Shown here: positions 17,924-27,183 of the stretch, in pieces | Layout of the letters: every line of letters starts with the position of its first letter | Position numbering within the stretch: the stretch's first letter is position 1 | IMG/VR virus record: IMGVR_UViG_3300045778_000157 | Location: 1-58,994 of that record | DNA: 58,994 nt | Strand: one strand, 5' to 3' | Source: a virus | Lineage: Duplodnaviria > Caudoviricetes | The notes under the pieces: generated by a model | What the model saw: only the letters and a program-made list of their open reading frames with translations | Told to the model about the DNA's origin: nothing | Databases searched by the model: none | Program-made: the position numbers and the translations under genes

Positions 17924-19255
17924 TCAGGCTTCAGCCTCGGCCTGGATGGCTTCGACGGCCTTCTCGATCTGTCGCTTGGCAGTGATACGCGCAGCCGGAT
18001 CGTTTGCACCAGCTTCCTTCAAGATGTTCGAAATCCGCTCGTCGGACAGTCCTGCCTTCGCCTCGTCCCGGGTGAACTTGAACTTGTCGAGAGCCGCCAT
18101 GAAGCCCGGGTTGAGGGTCTTGCGCTCGGGCTGCGGCGAGTGTTCGCGGACGCGGGCCGTCAGGTCGCCGATCTTGGTTTCGTAGGCCGAGATCTTGTCG
18201 GCGTGGTCCTTCTCGGCCTTCTCGGCGGCGGCGAGCTTGTCCGACAGTTCCTTGGTGGCGTCCTCGACGGCCTTGGCCGTCAGGGTCTTCACGTCCGCGT
18301 CGGCGGCGCGCAGCGGCCAGTCGTGGTCGCGGTGGATCTGCGGGAAAATGCCCGCCGCGCTCTGCGAACGCATGTCCTTGGCGAGGCCGCGGGCCAGCAC
18401 GGCGTGGCCGCGGGAGGCATGGGTGCCGACCCCGTCGCCTTCCATGGCGTCGGCGGCGGCTTCGAGCGCGATGGCGTGGGGTTCGACCTGCTTGGCGATC
18501 TTGTCGTTGGCTTCAAGCTTTTCGTCGGCCGCGGCCTTGAGGGTGGCGAGTTCGGCCTGAAGCGTCGTGGCCTGCGCCTGGAGGGCGGAGGTGGCGGCGG
18601 CGACCTGTTCGGCCACCAGCTTGGCGAGTTCGTCCTTGTCCATGTCGAATACGTCCTTTTCTTCGGATGCCTTGAGCGAGGTTTTCTTGTAGGCCGCTGC
18701 CTTGGCCTTGAGGATGGCCGCGCCCATGAAGGTGAGTTCGGTGAGGTGGCGGACTCCGCCGACCATTTTGCTCTTCCAGTCCTGCGCCTCGAACGAGAAG
18801 CCGAGCGAGTCCTGCAAGCCCTTGACGGCCTCGGCCACCTTCGGGAAGTCCGAGGCGTAGATGAAGCCGCGAATGCGGTAGTCGTCGCCGTCCACGAAGC
18901 CTTCCGTGATCACGCCGACCTTGCGTTGCGCGTCGTGGTCGGCGAGTCCCGCCGCGACGTTCACGCCCATGCCGAGCAAGGACGCGGTGGCCGCTTCGGC
19001 GACGGCCTTGGAGATCAGGACGCGCTTGCCGCCGGAGCCTCCGGGCGCGCCCTCGGACGGGGTGCCGACCTTGAACAGCACACCCTCGAACGGCATCCGG
19101 TTGGGATGGTTCGCCACGTCTGGCAGTTCGATGGCCATGGCTTCGAGGGAGGACTCCCCGGACTCCACGGCCTCGCCGCCGACGACAGGCGCGCCCGAAT
19201 CGGCGAGGTCGCCTTCGGGAACGGTGTCGAGAGGATCGGTATGCCTGTTCTTCAT
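17924..19255 (-). CDS. Prohead protease-scaffold fusion
   Basis: DHDAQRKVGVI...GFSFE protease-like N-half; coiled-coil C-half. Confidence 0.75.
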   Translation of the reverse strand: MKNRHTDPLDTVPEGDLADSGAPVVGGEAVESGESSLEAMAIELPDVANHPNRMPFEGVLFKVGTPSEGAPGGSGGKRVLISKAVAEAATASLLGMGVNVAAGLADHDAQRKVGVITEGFVDGDDYRIRGFIYASDFPKVAEAVKGLQDSLGFSFEAQDWKSKMVGGVRHLTELTFMGAAILKAKAAAYKKTSLKASEEKDVFDMDKDELAKLVAEQVAAATSALQAQATTLQAELATLKAAADEKLEANDKIAKQVEPHAIALEAAADAMEGDGVGTHASRGHAVLARGLAKDMRSQSAAGIFPQIHRDHDWPLRAADADVKTLTAKAVEDATKELSDKLAAAEKAEKDHADKISAYETKIGDLTARVREHSPQPERKTLNPGFMAALDKFKFTRDEAKAGLSDERISNILKEAGANDPAARITAKRQIEKAVEAIQAEAEA

Positions 19256-19323
19256 GCGGAAACCCTAACTGGAAGTTTCACGGGCGTAAATCACGCGGGG
19301 GGATGTTGCCCCCGCGCCGTTCG

Positions 19324-19611
19324 TCAGATGGCCGCTTCGAGGCGGGTGAGGTAGTCCACCACGGCCTTGGAGGTTGCCATGCCCTTGGCGAGGTCGATCA
19401 CCGTCCGCACGTCGTTGAGCGCGGAGTGGATGTGGTTGAGCGCGCCGTTCTCCGCCTGGGTGATGGCCCCCGAGGACAGGAGGTTGAGGACGGCTCCCCG
19501 GGCCGTCGCGGGCTGCTTAGGCGCCTGAGTCGCCGTCGTCGCCGCCGTCGTCGCCGGATTTGCCGCGCTTGCCTTTGCCGCCGCTTTTGTCGTCTGTGTC
19601 TCGTCCGCCAT
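19324..19611 (-). CDS. Hypothetical protein overlapping the portal 3' end
   Basis: 95-aa ORF with typical codon use; overlaps the low-complexity portal tail by 95 bp. Confidence 0.55.
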   Translation of the reverse strand: MADETQTTKAAAKASAANPATTAATTATQAPKQPATARGAVLNLLSSGAITQAENGALNHIHSALNDVRTVIDLAKGMATSKAVVDYLTRLEAAI

Positions 19612-20974
19612 TTTGTGTGCCTTTCTTGGGTTTCGCCTTGGACGGCTTCTTTCCGCCGCCGTCCGAGAGGTTCTCGTCGTCCACGACAGCCGCCCCTCGG
19701 GCCGCTTGCATGGCGATCTGAATGTCCGCGTAGGTGAGGTCGCAGATGGGGTTGTCGCTCGGCGCGAGGCCCATGCGCTGCCTCTGTTCGTTCGACGTCA
19801 GGACGTTGCCCTCGTAGAGCGCGGTGAAGATCTTCGCCACCACCTCGTCGATGAGTTCCAGCCCCTTGAAGCGGAACCGCAGCGAGTAGAACCCGAACTT
19901 GCGGTGCAGCACCTCGCGCGTGAAGTGCTCCGCGAACAGCTGCGCCGTGGGAACGATGGTCTGCACCCAGTCGCGCTGAAAGGCGACCTCGGCGGTGGCG
20001 CGGTTCACGTCCGCCTCGACGGAGAGGTTCATCGCCGACATGCCGAAAGAGGCCGCGATGACGCGGATCAGCATCGTCATCCACTTGAGATAGAGGGCCG
20101 CGTCTCCGCCCGGGAACAGCCGCTGCACCTTCACGCCGCCGTCCTTGCCGCCGCCGGGGAAGCCGAGGATCGGGATGGTGCCGGTGCCCTCGATCATGTC
20201 GATCCAGTATTTCCGCATCGCGGAAACCGTCTGTTCGTCCACGTCGCCGAGGTCGATCATCACCTCGGGGCGTTGGTTGCTCGTCACCTTGCCCGCGTAT
20301 TCCATCGCGCCGACGAGGCGGGCGATGTTGTCGAAGGCGATCTCCATCCACGACTTGCCGTAGCACGTCGCGGCGGACGGGTTCGGGCGGATGTAGACGA
20401 GTTCGTCGTTCCGCATGATCACGTCGTCGTCCGACGAGCCGACGTAGGGCGAGGACTGCACGGACTGCGCGTAGCGCGGCGAATCGGGGCGCCCGTCCCA
20501 TCCGGGATAGATTTTGATGGAGGTGGATTCGACGGGGAACATCCACAGCGGGCGCATGTCGTCGCCCGACGCCTGGAGTTCGATGCAAGCCGCCGAAATG
20601 CAGTATTCCTCAACGCATTGTTCGAGCAACAGCCGGAAGCTGTCGTCGTTGTTCGGGTGGTTGAAACACCACGTCGCGACCTCCATCTGGCGCGCCAGTT
20701 CCGAGTTCTCGTCCACGCCGTCGATGGGGGAGATTTCCCATTCCAGCATCGCGATGGGGTTCTTTATGGCGTTGATCGCGGCCCGCGCCATCGGGTGATG
20801 GCTGAAGTTGCGGAGGTTGCGCGGAGTCGCCTTCGGGAACGGCTTCTTGGTGTTGCCCCGCCCGCCGCCGCCGATGCGGAAGATCGCTGGATACGGCACG
20901 GTCTCGCGCTGCGGCGTGGCGGGTTTTCTCCCGCGCTTGGCCGGCTTCTTCGCGTCCTGATTTTTGGAGGCCAT
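19517..20974 (-). CDS. Portal protein
   Basis: 485 aa after TerL; ELVYIRPNP...YGKSWME, NRATAE, TSNEQRQRMGL motifs. Confidence 0.9.
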   Translation of the reverse strand: MASKNQDAKKPAKRGRKPATPQRETVPYPAIFRIGGGGRGNTKKPFPKATPRNLRNFSHHPMARAAINAIKNPIAMLEWEISPIDGVDENSELARQMEVATWCFNHPNNDDSFRLLLEQCVEEYCISAACIELQASGDDMRPLWMFPVESTSIKIYPGWDGRPDSPRYAQSVQSSPYVGSSDDDVIMRNDELVYIRPNPSAATCYGKSWMEIAFDNIARLVGAMEYAGKVTSNQRPEVMIDLGDVDEQTVSAMRKYWIDMIEGTGTIPILGFPGGGKDGGVKVQRLFPGGDAALYLKWMTMLIRVIAASFGMSAMNLSVEADVNRATAEVAFQRDWVQTIVPTAQLFAEHFTREVLHRKFGFYSLRFRFKGLELIDEVVAKIFTALYEGNVLTSNEQRQRMGLAPSDNPICDLTYADIQIAMQAARGAAVVDDENLSDGGGKKPSKAKPKKGTQNGGRDTDDKSGGKGKRGKSGDDGGDDGDSGA

Positions 20975-20980
20975 GAGGGG

Positions 20981-22384
20981 TCACTTCACCGTCGAGAGAA
21001 TCAGCTTGCGCGGGCGCATCGTCGAGAGCCTGTGGAAGGATTCGGACGTCGCATCTACGGCGTCATCATGCTTTGCCTCGGGAAAAGCTTCAAGGGCGGC
21101 TATCCATGCCGCGTTCCACGGCCCGCGCAGCACCAGCACGTTGCCGTGTTCCGCCTGGGCGGAGAAGCCCTGGAAGCGCGTCACCTTGTCGCCCTGCCCC
21201 GACATGACGCGGAAGCGCACGTTGAAGCCCGCGAGTTCGCGGGAATATTCCACCACCTGTCCCTTGCCGGCCTGTCCCGGATCCTGCGGGATGGAGATCA
21301 TCACCTCGTGGCCGTCGTATTCGGCGGTGGCCTTCACCTCGGCCATCACCCCTGCGGGCGTGTCGCGACAGGCCACGGCGTCCACCACGACATACTGCCC
21401 GTTGGTGAGACGGCCCATGAGGACGCCCCACGTCCAGTCGGGGTCGTTGTTCTCGGTCTTCGGCGTGGCCGCGAGATCCCATCCGCGACACCACTCCACC
21501 ACGTCGGCGGGGATCACGTCGATGAACTTCACCCAGCTGCGCTTGAACAGGAGTCCGGCGGCGGCGCGGATCTTCCAGTTGCCGTCCAACATGCGGCCCC
21601 TGTTCACCGCGTCCATCGACAGGAGGTTGGCCTTGTATTGCGGGTTGTTCTTCAACAGGGCCGGATTGTCGGACAGCTTCGACGGGATGAACGTCACCGA
21701 GAGGATCATGTCCTTGGTGTATTCGGGGAACCTTTCGATGAGTTCGCGCTTGGTGTCGGCCCACACGATCTGTTCGCCATTCACGCGCACGAAGTAGCGG
21801 ATCCTGCCGCCGCGCTCGGGGATGGCGTAGCCGTCATCGTCGATCCACCACGCGATGAACTCGGCCACCCAGCTGTCCGCGTCGGGGTTGCACGTGGCGC
21901 GCACGTAGGGCTTGACGGGGCAAGCCGCCGTCCTGTTGCGGGCCAGAAGGTAGAAGAACGCGTAGCGGGAAAAGTGAGTCAATTCGTCGAAGCACAGGAG
22001 AACGATCTGTGAGCCCTGCCAGTCGTCCAGGGCGTTGTCGTGCTCGACGTGGCCGAACTGGATCTTGGCTCCGCCCCTGTCGGGGTCGCCCCACTTCCAC
22101 TCCATCTGCGGCGTCTGCACGAAAGCACCGCCGGTCTGCGGGTAGAGCGAGCGCGAGACGTCGACGATGGACCCCGGCTTCCGCGCGTCCTGCAAGGTGC
22201 GGCGGAAGATCACCGCGTTGAAGTAGGGCTTGGAGATCCGCCGGAGGCACTCCAGCAACAGGCCGTAGGACTTCCCGCCCCCGGCGGCACCGCCGTAGAT
22301 GACGATATCGGCGCGGCTCTCCAGGAACAGCGTCTGTTGCCCCGCCTGGGGCGTCAGGGGCTGCACGATTGGAACGGGGGCCAT
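20981..22384 (-). CDS. terL: Terminase large subunit
   Basis: YGGAAGGGKS Walker A, FDELTHF Walker B, RATCNP, WDLA and HDDAVDA nuclease motifs. Confidence 0.95.
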   Translation of the reverse strand: MAPVPIVQPLTPQAGQQTLFLESRADIVIYGGAAGGGKSYGLLLECLRRISKPYFNAVIFRRTLQDARKPGSIVDVSRSLYPQTGGAFVQTPQMEWKWGDPDRGGAKIQFGHVEHDNALDDWQGSQIVLLCFDELTHFSRYAFFYLLARNRTAACPVKPYVRATCNPDADSWVAEFIAWWIDDDGYAIPERGGRIRYFVRVNGEQIVWADTKRELIERFPEYTKDMILSVTFIPSKLSDNPALLKNNPQYKANLLSMDAVNRGRMLDGNWKIRAAAGLLFKRSWVKFIDVIPADVVEWCRGWDLAATPKTENNDPDWTWGVLMGRLTNGQYVVVDAVACRDTPAGVMAEVKATAEYDGHEVMISIPQDPGQAGKGQVVEYSRELAGFNVRFRVMSGQGDKVTRFQGFSAQAEHGNVLVLRGPWNAAWIAALEAFPEAKHDDAVDATSESFHRLSTMRPRKLILSTVK

Positions 22385-22385
22385 G

Positions 22386-22502
22386 TCAGTCCTCCGCGTC
22401 GTCCTCGCGGCGCTGGGGGCGCGTGTGGAAGTCCACCCACAGGCCTATTCCGCACCACGCGAGGGCCAGCAGGATGATGGCGAGTGAAGCGGCCTCTTTC
22501 AT
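22386..22502 (-). CDS. Small membrane peptide between terS and terL
   Basis: 38 aa with one hydrophobic helix; coupled to the terS stop. Confidence 0.45.
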   Translation of the reverse strand: MKEAASLAIILLALAWCGIGLWVDFHTRPQRREDDAED

Positions 22503-23005
22503 TCGTCCTCCTCCCCGTTCGATTCGTCGTCGCGCCCGTTCGAGGGCAGGATCACAACCGCCGTCTGGTGCAGGGGCAGCGGCGCGCCGTCCGCGCCCGT
22601 GTGCTCGTTGCGCGTCGTCTCCTTCCAGCCCATGCGGGTCTTGGCGTAGAAGATCGCGGCCTGGACCGTTCCCTTGCCGTTTTTCTTGTCGGAGGCGATG
22701 CGGATGATGTTCGCGCCCACCGCCGTGTCGCACTTGGCCTTGCCGAGCCGGATCTCCTTGGCGAAGTGCTTCTTGAACGTCGGGAGCGACACCCCGATGA
22801 TTTCGGCGACCTCTTCCTGCGAGACGGAGCCGAGCGACACCATGAGTTCCACCTGGCGCCGCTGATCGTCGGACGGCGCGAACGCCCTGCCCCTGCCCAT
22901 GCCCGGAGGGTGCTTGCCCTTCACGGGCGCGACCGCGGGCTTGGGGTAACGCTTGCGCGCCCGCTTCGCCGGGTCTTCCGCCAGGTATTCGTCCTCGTCA
23001 GCCAT
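22499..23005 (-). CDS. terS: Terminase small subunit
   Basis: HTH (QEEVAEIIGVSLPTFKKHF), AAIFYAKTRMGWKE and EHTGADGAPL motifs; upstream of terL. Confidence 0.85.
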   Translation of the reverse strand: MADEDEYLAEDPAKRARKRYPKPAVAPVKGKHPPGMGRGRAFAPSDDQRRQVELMVSLGSVSQEEVAEIIGVSLPTFKKHFAKEIRLGKAKCDTAVGANIIRIASDKKNGKGTVQAAIFYAKTRMGWKETTRNEHTGADGAPLPLHQTAVVILPSNGRDDESNGEEDE

Positions 23006-23250
23006 CCGCCTCGTCCATGAATCGACGTGGCGATCCTAGCCTCGCCGAAGAGGCTGGCGCAACTTTTCCGCCGATGATGGGGAAGCGGGAGACTGCCGAC
23101 GATGAAGCATCATTCATCAATCGAACCTAACTCGACCACACCACGGTTCTGCCACGGCGCAGAAAACGATGCAAGCCGACCCGGCGCCGCCGCTCGGCGC
23201 GCCTGTTTCTTTCGTCAGAAAGAAACAGAATACTACTGTGACTCTTAAGA

Positions 23251-23510
23251 GCAATGCGTCCGCATACGCCCATGCGAGTCATATCAAACACTTGCGCGGT
23301 CGTATCGACGCCCTATCGAGGCTCTATCGGCCTCCTATCCACCTTTTATCACACTTTCGCCACAATCCGACGCGGAAAACAGGCCTCATGCGTCGGCAAT
23401 GCGTCCGCATTAAATCCGCAATGCGTCCGCATGAACCATGTGCAGCGATATCAATTATATGGGCGGTTGTATCGGCGTCCTATCGCGATTCTTTCCGCCT
23501 CCTATCCATT
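23251..23510. repeat. Tandem non-coding units: ATGCG-nn-CGCAT palindrome, IHF-like box, 11-bp phased repeats
   Basis: Units at ~23251-23345 and ~23418-23510; TATCAAACACTTG at 23282-23294 matches WATCAANNNNTTR; tatcg/tatcc recurs every 11 bp. Confidence 0.75.
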
Positions 23511-23570
23511 CTTGGGAACCTTGATCGATATTTCTTTTGAACTTGTATCAAATAGGTTGCCAAGACGGCA

Positions 23571-23607
23571 AGAAAAAGCCGCCCGGACCTTTCGGCGCGG
23601 ACGGCGT
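23571..23607 (-). terminator. Intrinsic terminator after ORF 23630..23869
   Basis: Minus strand gccgtccg...cgggcggc followed by TTTTT. Confidence 0.6.
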
Positions 23608-23629
23608 GTGAGTCGTTGTGGGAAGAATC

Positions 23630-23869
23630 CTACTTGGCGGACAGGAAGTGCTCCACCGCTGCGGCGGTGAGGTGCGCCACGGCGTCCTTCAGGGAGACGT
23701 CGTCGGTGATGCGGCCAGTCGCCGCCATCTTGGCGAGGCCCTGGGCGATCAGCTTGCCGAACATGTCCACGCCGTCGTCGGAGATCCTCCCCTCGGCGGT
23801 GGAGAAGCGGCGGGGAAGCGGGTTGGCGAATTCGAGGCCGCCGTCGTCGGCGAGGTAGATGTTCTGCAT
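23630..23869 (-). CDS. Hypothetical protein in its own transcription unit
   Basis: 79 aa; preceded by TTGATT-N17-TAAACT, a CCAAG hairpin and an RBS; followed by a terminator. Confidence 0.7.
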   Translation of the reverse strand: MQNIYLADDGGLEFANPLPRRFSTAEGRISDDGVDMFGKLIAQGLAKMAATGRITDDVSLKDAVAHLTAAAVEHFLSAK

Positions 23870-23939
23870 GGCTGTAACTCCCTGTTCGCGGCCCCTTGGA
23901 AGGCCGATGTAGGGAGTTTAATAACTGTTGCCGCAAGAA

Positions 23940-24116
23940 TCAACGGGTCGATTCGATCTTTATTTCGGTATGCCGCACTATGAAGTCGGCGACGGCCTCC
24001 ACGTCCACCGGAAGGCCGCAGGAAGCCCACAGGCGCAGAGCCTTCATGTAGTGCGGGAGCCACCACGGCATCGTGATGGTGGCCTCAATCCCCGCGTAGT
24101 TGCTCCGGCTCGTCAT
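23940..24116 (-). CDS. Small hypothetical protein
   Basis: 58 aa from MTSRSNY with RBS gaggaa. Confidence 0.45.
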   Translation of the reverse strand: MTSRSNYAGIEATITMPWWLPHYMKALRLWASCGLPVDVEAVADFIVRHTEIKIESTR

Positions 24117-24237
24117 CGTTCCTCGCCTTTCGGGCCTTGCGCTTGCGGACCGCCCGAGCAAGCTTGGCTTCCTTGTGACGCTTCGGGCGGACGACTGCAA
24201 GGCGCCGCTGGTGAATGGGTTTCCAGTTGCCCAAGCC

Positions 24238-24492
24238 TCACCTGTCGAACAGGCGCGGGTCGCCGTTCGGGTTCGAGTTCTCCAGCACATCGGCGCGGGC
24301 CTGTTGCAGCATGACGATCACGGCAAGGGCCTCGTCGGGCGTCAGGGTGTAGCAGCCCTTGAACGCCCCCACGAAGTCGATGGAGCCGCACAGCGTCCCG
24401 CTGGCGTGGAACGGGCCGAACTCCGTCGCGGCGGAGAACGTCCTGGCGTCGTAGAGGCGCGGGCGAAGGTGGACGACTTCCGACATGTTCAA
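24238..24492 (-). CDS. Hypothetical protein
   Basis: 84-aa ORF coupled to the upstream ORF. Confidence 0.55.
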   Translation of the reverse strand: MNMSEVVHLRPRLYDARTFSAATEFGPFHASGTLCGSIDFVGAFKGCYTLTPDEALAVIVMLQQARADVLENSNPNGDPRLFDR

Positions 24493-24653
24493 CGCTCCAG
24501 TGACGCGACGGCGTGGATCAGTTCCTCGTCCACGGCCTCGTGGGCCGCCGTGGCTTCCGTGAATTCGCGGATGCGCCGCTTCATGTCCTCGGTCGCCTGG
24601 CGGACGACATCCGCCTGTTGCGCCTGCTTGCGCGCTTCGAGTTCGTCCGTCAT
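24489..24653 (-). CDS. Small coiled-coil hypothetical protein
   Basis: 54 aa from MTDELEA; ATGA overlap with the methyltransferase. Confidence 0.5.
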   Translation of the reverse strand: MTDELEARKQAQQADVVRQATEDMKRRIREFTEATAAHEAVDEELIHAVASLER

Positions 24654-25966
24654 GCCTTGCCCTTTCCAGCCTTGGCCGTCAGTCGCGCGTTCGGATTGCG
24701 CCGCGCCATCACCTCGACGAAGGTCTCGCCCGTCTCTTCCAACGTGGCAACGCCGCCCGAAAAGTTCTGCCAGCGCGTGGCGATGACGTCGACGAACACA
24801 GGGTCCTTCTCCGCAACCCTTGCGCGGCGCCCGTGCTTCTCGCAGGCGACGAGGGTCGAGCCGCTGCCGCCGAACAGGTCGAGGACGACGGCCCCGCGCT
24901 TCGACGAGTGCAATATCGCGTGTTCCGGCACGGCCACGGGCTTCTCGGTCGGGTGGTCCGTCTCGGCCTGCTTCCTGCCGATCGTCCAGGTGGACAGGGC
25001 GTGGCCCTCGGCGGGGGAGTTGAAGGTGTGCCTGCCGCGAGTGGCGTAGCAGATCAGTTCGTTGTCCCACGTCCAGTGCCGCTTCATGAGGCTCGGCATG
25101 GGGTTCTTCTTCTGCCACACGCAAGCCGAGACGTGCGAGGCCCACGTCTCCATCCACGCCCATATGCTCCCGGCGAGGTGGTGCGAGGTGCACACGTAGA
25201 CCGTTGCGTCGTCGGCGAGGTGCAGCGCGAAGGACTGCTCCACGGAGGCGAAAACGAATCCCTTGTCCCACTCGGACGCGGCGAGGTTCTTGTAGGCCTT
25301 CCGCACGTTCTTCGCCACGAGGTCGTCGCCCGAGGCGTGGTTGTATGGCGGGTCGGTGAACACCATGTCGGCCTTGTCGCCCGCCATGAGGATCGCCACC
25401 GCGCCGACGTCGGTCGAGTCGCAACAGGCGAGGCGGTGGTCGCCCAGTATCCACACGTCGCCGTCGCGCGAGATCGCGCTGTCGCCGGCGGCCGGCGTCT
25501 CGTCCTCGTCGGTCTGGCCTTCCTTGGCCTCGTCCTCGTCGGCGCCGAACAGATCCTTGAGGAAGTCGCCGTCGAGGCCGGTCAGTTCGAGGTCGAACTC
25601 CATGCCCTGCAAATCGGCGAGTTCGAGCTTCAAAAACTCGGTGTTCCAGTCCGAGCCGTTGAGCGCGATGGCGTTGTCGGCGATGACGTAGGCCCGCCGC
25701 TGCGCCTCGCTCCAGCCCCGCGCCACCATGGCGGGAACCGTGGCGATCTTCAGCTTCTTCGCCGCGAGGATGCGCCCGTGGCCGGCGATCAGGGTGTTGT
25801 CCTCGTCCACGAGGATCGGCATCGTCCAGCCGTATTCGAGGATTGACTTGGCGATGAGGTCGATTTGCGCCGGCGTGTGGGTCCGCGCGTTTCTTGCGTA
25901 GGGCAGCATGTCCACGACGCTGCGCCGCTCCACCTTGTCGGCGGGCCAAAGAACCTCATTTCCCAT
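24650..25966 (-). CDS. ParB-like N-domain fused to an N6A/N4C DNA methyltransferase (beta class)
   Basis: PYARNARTH...IAGHGRILAA...YVIADN, then DPPY, HPTEKP and DLFGGSGST. Confidence 0.92.
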   Translation of the reverse strand: MGNEVLWPADKVERRSVVDMLPYARNARTHTPAQIDLIAKSILEYGWTMPILVDEDNTLIAGHGRILAAKKLKIATVPAMVARGWSEAQRRAYVIADNAIALNGSDWNTEFLKLELADLQGMEFDLELTGLDGDFLKDLFGADEDEAKEGQTDEDETPAAGDSAISRDGDVWILGDHRLACCDSTDVGAVAILMAGDKADMVFTDPPYNHASGDDLVAKNVRKAYKNLAASEWDKGFVFASVEQSFALHLADDATVYVCTSHHLAGSIWAWMETWASHVSACVWQKKNPMPSLMKRHWTWDNELICYATRGRHTFNSPAEGHALSTWTIGRKQAETDHPTEKPVAVPEHAILHSSKRGAVVLDLFGGSGSTLVACEKHGRRARVAEKDPVFVDVIATRWQNFSGGVATLEETGETFVEVMARRNPNARLTAKAGKGKA

Positions 25967-26261
25967 GCCAGTCGTCCCTCTTCACGATTTCGGCGATCTT
26001 CTCGAACGACGAGCCGATGCGCTCCACGTGCCGCCTCATGTCACGAAGGTGCTGCCACGCGTTCACGAGGCGGCCGTGGCCCTCCATGTCGCAGATCACC
26101 ACCTCGCGTTCGTGTTCGCCGCGCCCGACGAACAGTTGGGTGGTGCCGCAGGTTTCGCGCAGGAACACGCGCTGAATCTCCCGCCCGTTGCTGTAGATGG
26201 CGACTTCCCGTTCACTCGCCTGCGTCGTCGTCATAGCCGTGGTCTCCATTGAAGCCGTCAT
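25956..26261 (-). CDS. Hypothetical protein
   Basis: ~101-aa ORF coupled to both neighbours. Confidence 0.5.
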   Translation of the reverse strand: MTASMETTAMTTTQASEREVAIYSNGREIQRVFLRETCGTTQLFVGRGEHEREVVICDMEGHGRLVNAWQHLRDMRRHVERIGSSFEKIAEIVKRDDWHGK

Positions 26262-26740
26262 CCCCGCGCACCCATCCGCCGCACCACCCCGCCGTTGTCC
26301 AGCAAGTCCTCCATGAGCCGCTCCGGCGTCAGGCCGCGCCTGGACAGCCGCAGGCCGCACTCTTCGAGGACGCGCCCCGCGTAGAGGCTGCAACAGCCGT
26401 CCGCCCTGTCGGGGAACAGGCCGAGGCCAACGCGGATCGCGTCGAGGTAGCGATAGGCCTTGCCGAGTTCCCGCGTGGCCGTGTTGTCGGCCCAGCCAGT
26501 CCAGCGCCACTCGCCGGAAACCATGTCGAACGGCACGGCGTCGACGATGGGGCGGCGCCGTACCCCGACCCCAGGCACGTCCTCATAGAGGAACGTCCCG
26601 TCGCTCTCCACCACGACGAACCCGACGTGGGAATAGGCCGAGCGCGTCACCACGCGGATGAACTGCGACAGGAGGTCGGTGCCGACGAAGAAAACGACGT
26701 CGCCGGACTGATAGGGTCTGCGGAGGGGCGAACAGAACAT
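26258..26740 (-). CDS. Permuted papain-like NlpC/P60 (YiiX/YebB-like) amidase
   Basis: GDVVFF...YSHVG (His)...LGKAY...CCSLY (Cys)...LTP order; start inferred at MFCSP. Confidence 0.75.
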   Translation of the reverse strand: MFCSPLRRPYQSGDVVFFVGTDLLSQFIRVVTRSAYSHVGFVVVESDGTFLYEDVPGVGVRRRPIVDAVPFDMVSGEWRWTGWADNTATRELGKAYRYLDAIRVGLGLFPDRADGCCSLYAGRVLEECGLRLSRRGLTPERLMEDLLDNGGVVRRMGARG

Positions 26741-26753
26741 GGGCCTTGTTCCT

Positions 26754-27122
26754 TCAGATGGACTGGTCCTTGGCCTTCGGCGGCTGGGCCGGAGCGATGT
26801 GGATGCCGCGCAACATGCGGTCTCCCCGTTCATAGCCCAGCCGCTCCGAGTCGCGAATGCCGCTCTGCCATCCCCAGTAGAGGCCCACGCAACCCATGAA
26901 GGCGAACGTGGCGAAGGCCACCGCCGCCAGCGCGAACCACGTGGCGTCGGACGGCCTCCACGGATGCTTCAAGGGCTTGGCGTAGCCCCTCCACTCGGCG
27001 ACCTCGTCCGTGGGTTCCGGCAGGTCGTCCAGGGCCTCGCGCTCCAGCCGTTCGCGCAGCTTGGCGCGGTTGTATCCGGCCACCGAGTCCTCGTCGCCGT
27101 CGTCTGGCATGTCCTGATCCAT
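26754..27122 (-). CDS. Hypothetical membrane protein
   Basis: 122 aa with one TM helix (WFALAAVAFATFAFMGCVGLYW). Confidence 0.6.
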   Translation of the reverse strand: MDQDMPDDGDEDSVAGYNRAKLRERLEREALDDLPEPTDEVAEWRGYAKPLKHPWRPSDATWFALAAVAFATFAFMGCVGLYWGWQSGIRDSERLGYERGDRMLRGIHIAPAQPPKAKDQSI

Positions 27123-27183
27123 CCCGCCCGTCCCTGACCTTGCGATACGTCCGATAACGCTCCCTTATCGGACAACAGTTTCG

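Noticed and set aside
16739-19354. 871-aa plus-strand ORF and many other long Arg/Gly-rich ORFs in the track
   Set aside because: Shadow or alternative-frame ORFs caused by high GC3, lying over motif-supported genes, with no recognisable domains
23251-23510. CRISPR mini-array
   Set aside because: Repeats are 11-14 bp and degenerate with no unique-spacer architecture; no cas genes
23169-23670. ORFs 23169..23540 and 23254..23670 as real genes
   Set aside because: Antisense to the surrounding operons, atypical composition, and they coincide with the non-coding repeat units
24650-25966. ParABS plasmid partition system
   Set aside because: The ParB-like domain is the common methyltransferase-fused type found near terminases; no ParA or parS array was seen
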